Source of the DNA: an uncultured Chloroflexia bacterium
Lineage (GTDB): Bacteria > Chloroflexota > UBA6077 > JACCZL01
DNA: 64,000 nt
Assembly: GCA_963765765.1 (NCBI GenBank)
Contig: CAVXYC010000015.1
Coordinates: 704,001-768,000, forward strand
Direction: 5' to 3'
Below the pieces are notes generated by a model. It searched no databases. It was not told the origin of the DNA and saw only the letters and a program-made list of their open reading frames with translations. Shown piece after piece: positions 42,921 to 52,904 of the stretch; the stretch's first letter is position 1; each line of letters starts with the position of its first letter. Made by a program: the position numbers and the translations under genes.

Positions 42921-44564
42921 CTACTCGCTCTGCATCGCGGCGATCTGGCGAGCCTGACCGATTCTCAAGGCCAAATGCAGCATCAGTCGTGCTTCGGGAT
43001 CGCGCAGGTCGAGTCCCGCCACGGCCTCTATGCGGGTCAAGCGATAGAGCAACGTGTTGCGATGCACGTGTAAGCGCTCAGCCGTGGCCAGCGGGGCGCC
43101 GAGCGTGGCCAAAAAAGCCTCCAGGGTCGGCACTAGCTCGCTGCCGCGCTCGCGATCATAGGTTAGAAGCTTGCCTAACGTGGTTTCGTGGAACGCATCT
43201 AATTCGATCTGCAGCGCCGGGTCACGCGTTGCTGCCAGCAGCAGCCTGAAGAGCCCCAGGTCGGCGTAGGCGTGGATCGAGTCCGAGGATATCTGCTCGC
43301 CCAGCTTGAGCGCTTGTTCCGCTTGACTCATAGAGGCACGGACCGCTTCCACTCCCGATCCGGACATTCCCAGGCCGAATCGAACGGTCTCGTCATCGGC
43401 CTGCATTGTGACCCGCGGAGCCAACTGTTCGAGAAGCTCGCGGGCATGCTTGTCAGATTGGTCGGTAGCGCCAACGGGCACGAGGGCGAGCACATGCGAG
43501 TCACGGACTCGCACCAGGGCCTCGACGTTTGCCTCTCGGAATGTCTGCTCGATGATCGCCGTCAACCCTTCGACCGGCGTTTTCGCCTCGCTCCTTGCCG
43601 CCACCGCGAAGTAGCTCTTGGCGAGGTCCACTCCAAGTCTCTTGGCGCGCGAAAGAATGGTGACATCGTCCTCCGTCGTCGAAGAAAGGATGTTCTCGAC
43701 GATATCGCCTTCGGCAGAGTCGAGCGCCGACCGATGCGCATCTTGTCGTGCGAGCTCGATCGCGCAGGCGTGAGCCGCCGCCGCCAGGGCATTACGGTCA
43801 GCCTCGTTAACTGTGCGCGGAGGAGCGATGATCGACAGCGCACCCACCGGACCTCGTCCGTCGCGCACCGGCACGACGTAGCGGTCGAGCTCGTGATCGG
43901 GAGTGGAGAATCGGCCAAGATCTGAATCGTCCGGACGTGACGAGATGTCACGGAGCCACGACGTCACGTGCGGGTCGGTGACTGCCAGGGCACGTTGAAC
44001 GGATGCCGCGTCGGCCAGACCGTAACGCGTGGCCCGTACAATCGGCTCGATATCAGGCGCTTGTAACACCACCGGCTTTCCGGTACGTCGCGCCAGAGTC
44101 TGTACGAGTACGTCGAAGCCATGACCGGAGAGAGCCAGATTTGAAAACTCACGCTCCAGCTCCCGTGCCCGCTGGTTTGAAACCTGGCGGGAATCGAGCA
44201 AAGCGCGCTGAATCGAGCGCTCGAGTGACTCCAGATCCGTGTTGGACGGAAGCTGTAAGAGCGGCTGCCCAAGCGCCTCGGCCCGCTCTGACGCGGCCCG
44301 ATCCACTTCTCCGAGTACCGCGATGGCACTTACTAATGGCTGCAGCTGCTCAACTGCGCGCGCCAGGGTCAATGATGTATCAAGCGCACGGAGGACGCCG
44401 AGGGAAAGAAGGACGATCTCCCGACCGCGTAAACTTCCGAGTCCTGGAGCCCTCGCTCGCAAGGCCGTGGCCCACGAGACTTCTCGGCCAAGATAGTCGG
44501 CTCCGGCCAGAACGGCAGTGCCGTCGGGGAGCTCAGTCTGGAGCAGGTCCGTAATCGTCAGCAC
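42921..44564 (-). CDS. PucR-family transcriptional regulator
   Basis: N-terminal LAG...L.R.V.W PucR domain, central GAF-like and GGDEF-like regions, YD......L..TL..FL, TAERLHVHRNTL.YRL.RI HTH. Confidence 0.9.
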   Translation of the reverse strand: MLTITDLLQTELPDGTAVLAGADYLGREVSWATALRARAPGLGSLRGREIVLLSLGVLRALDTSLTLARAVEQLQPLVSAIAVLGEVDRAASERAEALGQPLLQLPSNTDLESLERSIQRALLDSRQVSNQRARELEREFSNLALSGHGFDVLVQTLARRTGKPVVLQAPDIEPIVRATRYGLADAASVQRALAVTDPHVTSWLRDISSRPDDSDLGRFSTPDHELDRYVVPVRDGRGPVGALSIIAPPRTVNEADRNALAAAAHACAIELARQDAHRSALDSAEGDIVENILSSTTEDDVTILSRAKRLGVDLAKSYFAVAARSEAKTPVEGLTAIIEQTFREANVEALVRVRDSHVLALVPVGATDQSDKHARELLEQLAPRVTMQADDETVRFGLGMSGSGVEAVRASMSQAEQALKLGEQISSDSIHAYADLGLFRLLLAATRDPALQIELDAFHETTLGKLLTYDRERGSELVPTLEAFLATLGAPLATAERLHVHRNTLLYRLTRIEAVAGLDLRDPEARLMLHLALRIGQARQIAAMQSE

Positions 44565-44705
44565 GGCGGGCGGCCTGATCTATGCAGTTCGACCACAGGG
44601 AAAAATTGACTCCTCTTTTCCATGCGCCGTTGCAGGTGAACCAAGCATAAAGCACGAAGCGGGACGGTTCTGAGGTCGAAATCAACGGAAGTCCTCGGGG
44701 ACTGT

Positions 44706-44720
44706 TGTGCAGAGTGCACA
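44706..44720. promoter_or_regulatory. Palindromic operator candidate
   Basis: TGTGCA-GAG-TGCACA in the divergent pucR/dcd intergenic region. Confidence 0.5.
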
Positions 44721-44831
44721 GTTTCAATTGGACGATTGGCCCGTCTAAAACCGCTGTCCGGGCGCATCCTCTGTATCATGGCTCTGAACTGATTCGACCC
44801 TACTTGGATGGAAGGAACGGGCTAAGGACTG

Positions 44832-45989
44832 ATGGGCGCGCAGAGCTTTTCGCTCTTTCCGGAGCTGGAACGCGACATCCAGCACTTCCACACCACCGGG
44901 ATCGTGCCGTATCAGGGACTCAGGGACTTGATCGAACGCGGTGTTATCCGTGCTGCTGAGCCCATCACAGAAGTCCAGCTCCAGCCAGCAAGTCTCGATT
45001 TGCGGCTTGGCCCCGTCGGCTACCAGGTCAGGGCGAGCTTCTTGCCAACCGAGGCTTCCACCGTGGCCAGTCGCGTGGAACAGCTCAAGGTAGCGGAGCT
45101 GGATCTCACTGAGCCCACAATCCTCGAGCGGGGCAAGGTTTACATCATCCCGCTCATGGAAGAGTTGGCACTTCCGCCGGGAATGATCGGCAAGACGAAT
45201 CCTAAGAGCACGATCGGCCGTCTGGATGCATTCACGCGCCTGCTCACCGATTATGCCGGCGAGTTCGAGCGCGTGCCGCGTGGCTACAAGGGAAAGCTCT
45301 ACGTGGAGGTCGCGCCGCGTGCCTTCAGCGTGATCGTTCACCAGGGCTCGCGGCTGAACCAGCTACGAATCATGCGCGGGAATCCGCCACCTTCCGATAC
45401 CGCCCTCAACGCGCTCAACGACGCGGAGACTCTCGTTTATCTCGGAGACGACGAACCGGGCCAGGCAGTCATCTCGCGCGGGCTCTGGATCTCCGTGAAT
45501 CTGCTGCCGACCGATGAAAACGAGATTGTGGGCTACATGGCTCGCCACGGCACACCGCCAGTTGACCTCGACCTGGTAGGGGCGTATGACGCCGCGGAGT
45601 TCTGGGAGCCAGTGCGCAAACCCGATCGCGGGGAGATCATCCTTGAGCCCGGGGACTTCTATATCCTGGCGTCTGTTGAACGGATCCGCGTTCCCCCAAG
45701 CTTTGCTGCCGAGATGGTGGGGTACGACCCATCGGTCGGCGAGTTCCGACTCCACTACGCCGGCTTCTTCGATCCTGGATTCGGATATGGCGAGGACGAC
45801 GTCAAGGGGACGCGAGCGGTGCTCGAAGTGAGATCGCACGAGGTTCCTTTTCTCATGCGGCACGGGCAGAGAGTTGGGCGTCTCATTTACGAGCGACTCA
45901 CGGCCGTGCCAGAGAAGATCTACGGACTCTCAATCGGGTCGTCCTACCAGCGCCAGGAGCTTGCGCTGAGCAAGCAATTCAAGCGCTGA
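44832..45989 (+). CDS. dcd: 2'-deoxycytidine 5'-triphosphate deaminase (long two-domain form)
   Basis: QPASLDLRLG...RASFLP, NPKS..GRLD.FTR, FYILAS.E, GEFR.HYAGFFDPGFG, VLEVR.HEVPF, S.YQ.Q.L.LSK.F. Confidence 0.9.
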   Translation: MGAQSFSLFPELERDIQHFHTTGIVPYQGLRDLIERGVIRAAEPITEVQLQPASLDLRLGPVGYQVRASFLPTEASTVASRVEQLKVAELDLTEPTILERGKVYIIPLMEELALPPGMIGKTNPKSTIGRLDAFTRLLTDYAGEFERVPRGYKGKLYVEVAPRAFSVIVHQGSRLNQLRIMRGNPPPSDTALNALNDAETLVYLGDDEPGQAVISRGLWISVNLLPTDENEIVGYMARHGTPPVDLDLVGAYDAAEFWEPVRKPDRGEIILEPGDFYILASVERIRVPPSFAAEMVGYDPSVGEFRLHYAGFFDPGFGYGEDDVKGTRAVLEVRSHEVPFLMRHGQRVGRLIYERLTAVPEKIYGLSIGSSYQRQELALSKQFKR

Positions 45990-46090
45990 CTGTCTCGACT
46001 CGCATCGTACCCTTCCACTTGGACTAAAGCACTCACTACATGCCTTGAATTGCCACGCTCATATGAGATTGCTGGTGATGGACTTGGATC

Positions 46091-46747
46091 TTATTTGAAC
46101 CCAAGCCGCTCAAGACGGATGTCTTCGAGTGATTCAACGATCATCGTCGCGTTTCCCAGCGGTAGGTGCTTCGTGTATGGAGTACGAACGGCGATAACGT
46201 CCATGCCCGCCGCGCGGCCGGACGCAATGCCATTGGGCGAGTCCTCGATGACCAGGCAACGCCCAGGCACCATGCCGAGCTGAGTCGCAGTTAGAAGAAA
46301 TATGTCCGGTGCGGGTTTTCCGTGGGAAACGTCCTCCCCCGAAACGATGATGGGGAAAAACTCACGCACCCCGAGTGCTCGAAGTGTTGCATCGATCCAC
46401 AGCCGTTTGGAAGATGAAGCCAGGGCAAGGGGCGTTGCTCGGGCGCGGAAACTCTCGAGCAGCTCTAGCGATCCTGGGGCAGGAGTAAGCGGCTCGGCCA
46501 GGATGCTCAGGACAGCCTCGTCATACGCTGGCGCATACAGCTCGATGTTATCTTGCAGATTAAATCGCTTGATGAGATACGCCCAGGTCGCCTGGAAGGT
46601 GGTGCCGAGTAACTGCTCGTTCTCTTCTTCGGAAATCTCGAACCCACTTTGAGCAAGTACCTGGTTCAGGGCACGTAAGTGGAGCGGCTCGGTGTCTACC
46701 AGAACACCGTCCATATCGAAGATGACCGCGTGATAAGGGGATGGCAA
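46091..46747 (-). CDS. HAD-family phosphatase (beta-PGM/CbbY-like)
   Basis: FDMDGVLVDTE, ASSS, KPAPDIFL, EDSPNG. Confidence 0.9.
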   Translation of the reverse strand: MPSPYHAVIFDMDGVLVDTEPLHLRALNQVLAQSGFEISEEENEQLLGTTFQATWAYLIKRFNLQDNIELYAPAYDEAVLSILAEPLTPAPGSLELLESFRARATPLALASSSKRLWIDATLRALGVREFFPIIVSGEDVSHGKPAPDIFLLTATQLGMVPGRCLVIEDSPNGIASGRAAGMDVIAVRTPYTKHLPLGNATMIVESLEDIRLERLGFK

Positions 46748-46867
46748 GCGTACGAATCCTCCGAATTGCGATTCGATCCATCAATCAATCTATCTCACCT
46801 TCCCCGACCGATAGAAGCCACATCAGCACCGTGGCCCGGATTTGTCGCGCCAGCTTGCGGTGACAAC

Positions 46868-46895
46868 AAAAAGGGGCTGGCAGCGAGCCAGCCCC
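46868..46895 (-). terminator. Rho-independent terminator (minus strand)
   Basis: Minus strand: GGGGCTGGC-TCGCT-GCCAGCCCC-TTTTT. Confidence 0.8.
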
Positions 46896-47015
46896 GGTGT
46901 TCCTGCGAATGTACCTGGTAGTCAGCGCCTCAATCGCACGTCCGGACGACTCCACTGCCTCGAGAGCAGCGGTCGCCTCCTGGAGTTTCGCTGTGCGCGC
47001 GACGTGACCACGGGC
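46868..47015 (-). ncRNA. Candidate structured small RNA or leader (unassigned)
   Basis: Extended -10-like TGCTACAGT at ~47017-47025, long self-complementary rod, intrinsic terminator, no credible ORF. Confidence 0.3.
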
Positions 47016-47041
47016 GCACTGTAGCAGATAATCCTTGTCCT

Positions 47042-47140
47042 TTGGACCGCGGCGGTCTTCGTCGCTCTCCCACGAGGCTGTAGGCCGGCCTGCGTGTCGC
47101 TCCACTCGGGAGGAAAGCGGTGAAGACCGCCGCGGTCCAA
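47042..47140. repeat. REPIN-like 19-bp perfect inverted repeat
   Basis: TTGGACCGCGGCGGTCTTC ... GAAGACCGCCGCGGTCCAA. Confidence 0.75.
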
Positions 47141-47146
47141 GTCAGT

Positions 47147-48543
47147 CTAGTTTCCGCGCACCGGCGGGGCACCGGCAATCGGCCCAACGCCTCTTCGCAC
47201 CATGCGCCGACCCGCATGAGATCGTAGTCGGCCATCGAAGGCGCCACGAGCTGCAGGCCTAGCGGAAGCCCGTCGGCCGATAAGCCACCGTTTACCGTGA
47301 TTGCGGGGTATCCCAAACAGCTCCAGGGTATGAGAAGCGTGGCCTCTCCAGTCGAAGACGTGCCGCGAGGCGCGGGGGCAGGTGCGACCGCCATGAGTAG
47401 TGCATCCACATCGGCGAATGCCATGTGCGCGCTGTTCCATAGATGCTGTCGGATGCGTTGCGCCTGCAAGTAGTAGCTCGCCGGCACGAGACTGGCGGCG
47501 ATATCGCGACCGGTCTCTGGGCCAGAACCGGACTCCGCCATCTTGCGACTTCGAAACGTCAGACCCTCGGCGTTTCCAACCAGCCGGTGCACCATCCAAA
47601 CCATGTCAAAGTCATCCGGCAGCGTCACATCGACGATAGTCGCTCCGGCATCTTTCAGCCGCATCGCCGACTGGTCGATTGCCTCCAGCATGACGCCCTG
47701 CGTCCGCTCGGGAAAGAAATTTCGCACGCGCCCAATACGTGGACGGGGCAGGCTATCGAGCTTCAGATCAGCCGGTGGCGCAGGCTCACTTCGCGAGGTC
47801 GGATCGCGTTGATCGGGTCCACTGAGGAGCGAAAAAACAAGGGCGATGTCATGCATCGTGAGTCCGATGATCCCGACGTGATCGTGTGACCAGGCGAACG
47901 GGTACATCCCGAATCGGCCGATCCGCCCATACGTTGGCTTGAGCGCATCTACACCGCAGAAAGCCGCGGGCCGAAGATTGGATCCGGCTGTTTGCTCTCC
48001 CAGCGCGGCTGGAACCATCCGTGCCCCCACGGCCGCGCCGGATCCGCTACTGGTGCCGCCGGCGCTGTGCTCGAAATTCCACGGATTCCGTGTCGGAGGC
48101 ATCACGCCGTCGATCGGCATATGAGTTTTCCCCATGATGATCGCACCTGCGGCGCGCAGCTTGGCTACGGCCGTGGCGTCAACTGGTCGGGGCGGATCAT
48201 CCGACGCGGCCATATACGTCGGCATTCCAGCGACGTGGAATTCGTCCTTGATGCCAATTGGAATACCGTGGAGGGGTCCAAGAAACTGCCCAGCTTGGGC
48301 CGATCTCGTGAGGTCGGCAGCCTGTCTCAGGACCGTCTCTCGATCGAGGTAGCACCAGGCCTGGATTTCTGATTCGTAACGATCGATCTGGGCAAGACTC
48401 GCCTCGACGAGGTCCATGGGCGTGATCTCGTGATTCGCTATGAGTGTGGACAGCTCCATGAGTGTCAGGGTGTGGAGTGCCTGCGAGGCTGTGCTCATCT
48501 CAGTACTCAATCCTCGGTGAGTGTTGGCCGCATCGTTCGTCAC
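47147..48543 (-). CDS. Amidase signature family enzyme (true stop probably near 47147 after a 1-bp error)
   Basis: GPLHGIPIGIKD, TRNPW...AGGTSSGS, G.QTAGS..RPA.FCG, LKPTYG, GLPLGLQL. Confidence 0.85.
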
Positions 48544-48722
48544 GGAAACCTTGGCTCCAGTTCATCGGGAAGTACCGTTCGACTGATTGCTGCCATGGCC
48601 TGAGCGGTTGTGGCGAGCGCCTCATCTAGATCGTCTGGCTTGGACGCCAGCTGAAGGTCATCCACCTGACGCTCCAGCCAGGCAAGCGCTTCGTCGCTAC
48701 TAATTGCGGGGTGCAATCGCAT
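48540..48722 (-). CDS. Small GatC/AtzG-like amidase partner protein
   Basis: 60 aa, AAGGAG RBS, acidic helical, ends LPDELEPRFP, overlaps the amidase start by 4 nt. Confidence 0.55.
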   Translation of the reverse strand: MRLHPAISSDEALAWLERQVDDLQLASKPDDLDEALATTAQAMAAISRTVLPDELEPRFP

Positions 48723-48996
48723 GGGCTGCTCCTTCGTTTGAATTTGCCGAATTTGTGAGCCCAGTGTAGGGCCTTCGGCTTTGCGCTGCGCACGGATTGC
48801 GACACCGAATTCTGACACCTCGCGGTTGTGCACGCAGCGCGTGGTACCGCTGGGTGTGTGCGTTCGATTTGTTGACCGCACGGCCCAGAGCTATTCAGGC
48901 CTGGCAACCGCACCATATGCGACAATGCGACGTTCGCCCGTCGTGGTCAACTCCGTCCGCGGCATGCAAACAGGGACAACCCGTACGGGTGTGTTG

Positions 48997-50510
48997 ATGA
49001 GTGAAGAACAGTCGGGTGGTCCACCGCCGGCCGAAGTGCACCCCCGCACCCAGGTAATTCGAGGCCGGCTGCCGGGCGACCGCGTGGTACGCAAGCCTAG
49101 GCGGCGGATTCAGCGACTCCGCCGGGCTCTTGGCGTGGCGGCGCTTTTTCGACCGGCTACGGCAACGTCGGCTCATCGATCTACTACGCGCTCGGCGTGA
49201 CCACCCTCTATGCCCTTGGGGCGGCGCCGTTCGCGCTTATGGCCGCGGGCATCTTTTTTATCTTGACGGTATTGAGCTACACGGAAGCCACAGTGGCAGT
49301 GCCTGAGGCCGGCGGCGCCTCCAGCTTTGCCCGACGAGGATTCAATGAGCTCATGAGCTTCTTCGCCGGGTGGGCGACCTTGCTCTCCTACGTCGTCACG
49401 ATCTCGATCTCCGCCTACTCCGCGGTGGGCTACCTGGCGGTGTTCTTCCCGCTCTTTCGTCAGGAAATCTGGGTCACCGGCGGAGCAGTGGTGGCCATTG
49501 CCTTGCTCACCATCCTCAATCTCGTAGGAGTACGAGAAGCCGCCAGATTGAGCGTCATCTTTGCCGTGATCGACCTGCTCGTACAGGTTGCGCTGGTCAT
49601 CGTTGGAAGCGTGCTGGTAGTCAATCTGCCCGATCTACTGAGCCGAATTCAGTGGGGCACCGCTCCAACGTGGTCAGGCTTTATTTACGGCATTAGCGTC
49701 GCTATGGTGGCCTACACCGGTATTGAGACTATCTCCAACATGGCCGAGGAAGCGCGGAATCCGTCACGCAATGTGCCCCGCTCGTACTACCTGCTCATCG
49801 GGGCCGTCCTGGTCCTGTTCTTCGGCATTTCCGTGGTGGCGCTGGGAGCCATGCCTGTCACCTGCGTGAATGGTGAGTGCACGTCGCAGCTCACGTCGAT
49901 GTACCTTGAAGACCCCGTGGCGGGTATCGCCGAGAATTTGCCCGAGCCGTTCAACCATATCTTCGCTCCTATCGTCGGCATTCTAGCCTTCACCATCTTG
50001 CTCATCGCTGCCAATGCCGGTGTCCTGGGCGCGTCACGACTGTCGTTTTCGATGGGGGCGCATCGCCAGATTCCGCCCTTCTTCTACCGAATCCATCCGA
50101 CGCTGCACACGCCATACGTCTCGATTCTGTTCTTTGGAATCGTGGCCGTGCTCCTGGTGATTCCGGGAGATGTGCCCCAGCTAGCCGACGTGTACATCGT
50201 GGGCGCCATGCTGACGTTCACCATGGCGCACCTGGCAGTCGTTGGCATGCGCATCCGCGAGCCGAACCTTGAGCGCCCCTTCAAGCTGCCCTTCAACATC
50301 TGGGTACGTGGGTACGAGATCCCTGTGACACCGTTGATCGGCGGCCTTGCCACGGCCATCGTGTTCATGATGGTGTTTGTCACCCGCGATTTTGGTCGAA
50401 ATGTCGGCCTTGCCTGGATGGTGCTCGGTATCGGCCTCTACATCTGGTACCGTCGAAAGGAGGGCTTGTCCATCTGGCATCCAGCGGAGCGGCTCACTCA
50501 ACACACGTAA
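48997..50510 (+). CDS. APC-superfamily permease (frameshift near 49150)
   Basis: L.R.LG...LFS.GYGNVGSSIYYALG, SY.E.....PEAGG, AY.GIE..S.MAEE...P, SRL..SM, H....TP, RPF..P; about 12 TM segments. Confidence 0.88.
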
Positions 50511-50615
50511 CCCTCACCGTCGCCGTCTCCCAAACCTTGCCCCGCGGGGCATAGGGCCATGTGCGGCATCGACGTCGGTACAAGAGCAAGTATCGGGAGC
50601 GACTGGAAGGGCCCA

Positions 50616-52222
50616 ATGACGGCTCCAGCACGCCATCCAGACTCCTGGCGATTTTAGCCGAGACCGCCTTTACTCCCTGAATCAAGCAGCGGCGGGCGCA
50701 ATCGCTGCCGTCGCGGTCACAACGCTTCTTGTTGCCTGGCTGCGGAGTCAAACCGACGTCGTGGATGTCAGCTCCGTTTACGTCCTGGCGGTGCTTGCGG
50801 TTGGAAGTGTGGCCGGGCGCCTGTCAGCTTTCCTGGCCGCGATTCTCTCGTTTCTCGCCGTGAATTACTTTTTCGTTGAGCCGATTCTCACCCTGCACGT
50901 CGCAAATCCGAGGGAATGGCTCACGCTGACGATCCTGCTCGTCACGGCCGGCATATCTGGTCAGTTGACGGCGACCTTGCGTGATCGCGCACGGGAGGCC
51001 GAGCGGCGACGCGCTGAAGTCTCCTTTCTCTATGAGCTCGGTCAGCTCCTCGGGAGAGAAGGTCCATTGGAGACCGAATTGCCGAAGGCGTTGCGTGCCT
51101 GGCGGAGATGAGCAAACTACCGCGGGAACAAGTGCAGTCATGTTGGATGACGAACATACAGGGGAGCACGAAGCCGACTGGAGCCGTAGAGCCAGTTTCC
51201 AGCTGAGCTGAGCGCCCTTCAGCTTAAAGCGCTCGAGCAGGGTCGACTGGTAAGCACTGGTTGGCAGCTGAACAATGACAGTTGGACGTTGCTGATTCCG
51301 CTCAGATATCGACGGTGTGCCACACGAAGGCCGGCTCTGGGTGCCATTGTTGGTGGGGCGTACACGCGTTGGGATGCTCGTTCTGGATAACTTCCCCCTC
51401 CACGATGCACTCAGGCCGGATGGGCGCAGCCTTATTCAGGCTGCCGCGACGCTGTTTGCTCAGACTATCGAACGTGACCGCCTCTCACAGATTGCAACCG
51501 AAGCTGAGGTGCTGCGGCGAGCCGATGCACTGAAGAGCGCTCTTCTCTCGTCAGTCTCTCACGATCTTCGCACCCCAATCGCCTCAATAAAGGCCTCGGT
51601 AAGCGCGCTCCTGGATTCGGGGAGCCGCCTTGAAAATGAGGATCGTATTGAGCTCCTGGTAGGTGTGAGCGAAGAAACTGATCGACTTACTCGCTTCGTG
51701 ACGCATCTTCTCCAACTTTCGCGGTTGGAATCTGGTGCCCTGGCTCCGCAAGCCGAATGGTATGAGATCAGTGAGATCATCTGGGAGGTTATTGATGCAC
51801 TTGATCCTTCGGAGGCCTCGCTTCGCCTGCAAATTCCGCCCAATTTCGGGCTCGTGCATGTGGACTACGTCATGGTGGTGCAGATTCTCACTAATCTTGT
51901 GGAGAATGCTTTGCGCTATTCCCACGAACAGAGCCCAGTGGACGTCATTGTTGAGTCAGAGCCAGACAGTTGGCGCGTGCTTGTCATGGACCGCGGCCCG
52001 GGCGTGCCCGAAGTCGATCGGGAGCATATCTTCGAGAAATTCTTCCGATCCCCGTCAGTTGCTCCGGGAGGCACTGGGGTGGGGCTGGCAGTGGCCCAAG
52101 GACTTGCGCGGGCACACAAGGGTGACGTTCGATATGAGCCACGAATGGGTGATGGAGGATGCTTCGTCCTCGAGCTCCCACTAACTACCCGCCCAACGAG
52201 TCCATTGACTGATGGCCGGTGA
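50616..52222 (+). CDS. KdpD-like sensor histidine kinase lacking the N-terminal KdpD and USP domains (frameshifted)
   Basis: DUF4118-type TM region (YVLAV...S.LA.NYFF.EP..TL), GAF-like region, ALLSSVSHDLRTP, NL.ENA.RYS, D.GPG, IF.KF.R, GTG.GLA. Confidence 0.85.
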
Positions 52223-52904
52223 GCGAATCCTCATCGTCGACGACGAGCCTCGGATCTGCCGGGCGTTGCGAGCCGGCCTGAGCGGGCGAGACTACGTCGT
52301 TGACGTTGCCACAACCGGCGGCGAGGCGCTTGACATGATTGCGATTCGTTCACCTGACCTTGTCATCCTTGACTTGATGCTTCCGGACATGAGCGGGCTC
52401 GAGGTATGTAGCGAGATTCGTTCCTGGGGTCACCTTCCTATCATCGTGCTCTCGGCGAAGGGAGCTGAGGGTGACAAGGTCGATGCGCTAGATCTGGGCG
52501 CAAACGATTACCTGACCAAGCCATTCGGTATGGAAGAGCTCCTGGCCAGAGTGCGAGTGGCGTTGCGCCTAACAGCCGGACCACCGCCCCCCTCCGTTAT
52601 CCAGATTGGCGACCTCGTGCTCGATCAGCCGCGCCACCAGGTCGCCAGAGCTGGTGAACCGGTCCACTTAACGCCAACCGAGTATGAGCTCCTACGCTAT
52701 CTAATGTTGAACGCGGGAAAGGTCGTCACTCACCGCGCGCTCCTTCAAGCGGTGTGGGGCGAGGCGTGGGCGGAGGCATCGCCCACGCTAAGGGTCTTTG
52801 TGGCTCAGGTTCGGCGCAAGATCGAGCCCGACCGGGCCCGACCGGTCTACATTCGCACGGAATCAGGAATAGGCTATCGTTTCAAGCTCCCTGACGGTTC
52901 CTAA
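52212..52904 (+). CDS. KdpE-like OmpR-family response regulator
   Basis: VDDEP.I, DL.LPD, PII.LSA...E..KV.ALD.GA.DY.TKPFG..EL.AR.R, HLTPTEY.LL, GKV.TH..LL..VWG, RRKIE.D..RP..I.TE.G.GYR. Confidence 0.9.
   Translation: MAGERILIVDDEPRICRALRAGLSGRDYVVDVATTGGEALDMIAIRSPDLVILDLMLPDMSGLEVCSEIRSWGHLPIIVLSAKGAEGDKVDALDLGANDYLTKPFGMEELLARVRVALRLTAGPPPPSVIQIGDLVLDQPRHQVARAGEPVHLTPTEYELLRYLMLNAGKVVTHRALLQAVWGEAWAEASPTLRVFVAQVRRKIEPDRARPVYIRTESGIGYRFKLPDGS

Noticed and set aside
46930-47146. C-terminal 70-aa extension of amidase 2
   Set aside because: It runs through an inverted repeat and the candidate RNA; a stop at 47147 in the neighbouring frame fits the normal amidase end.
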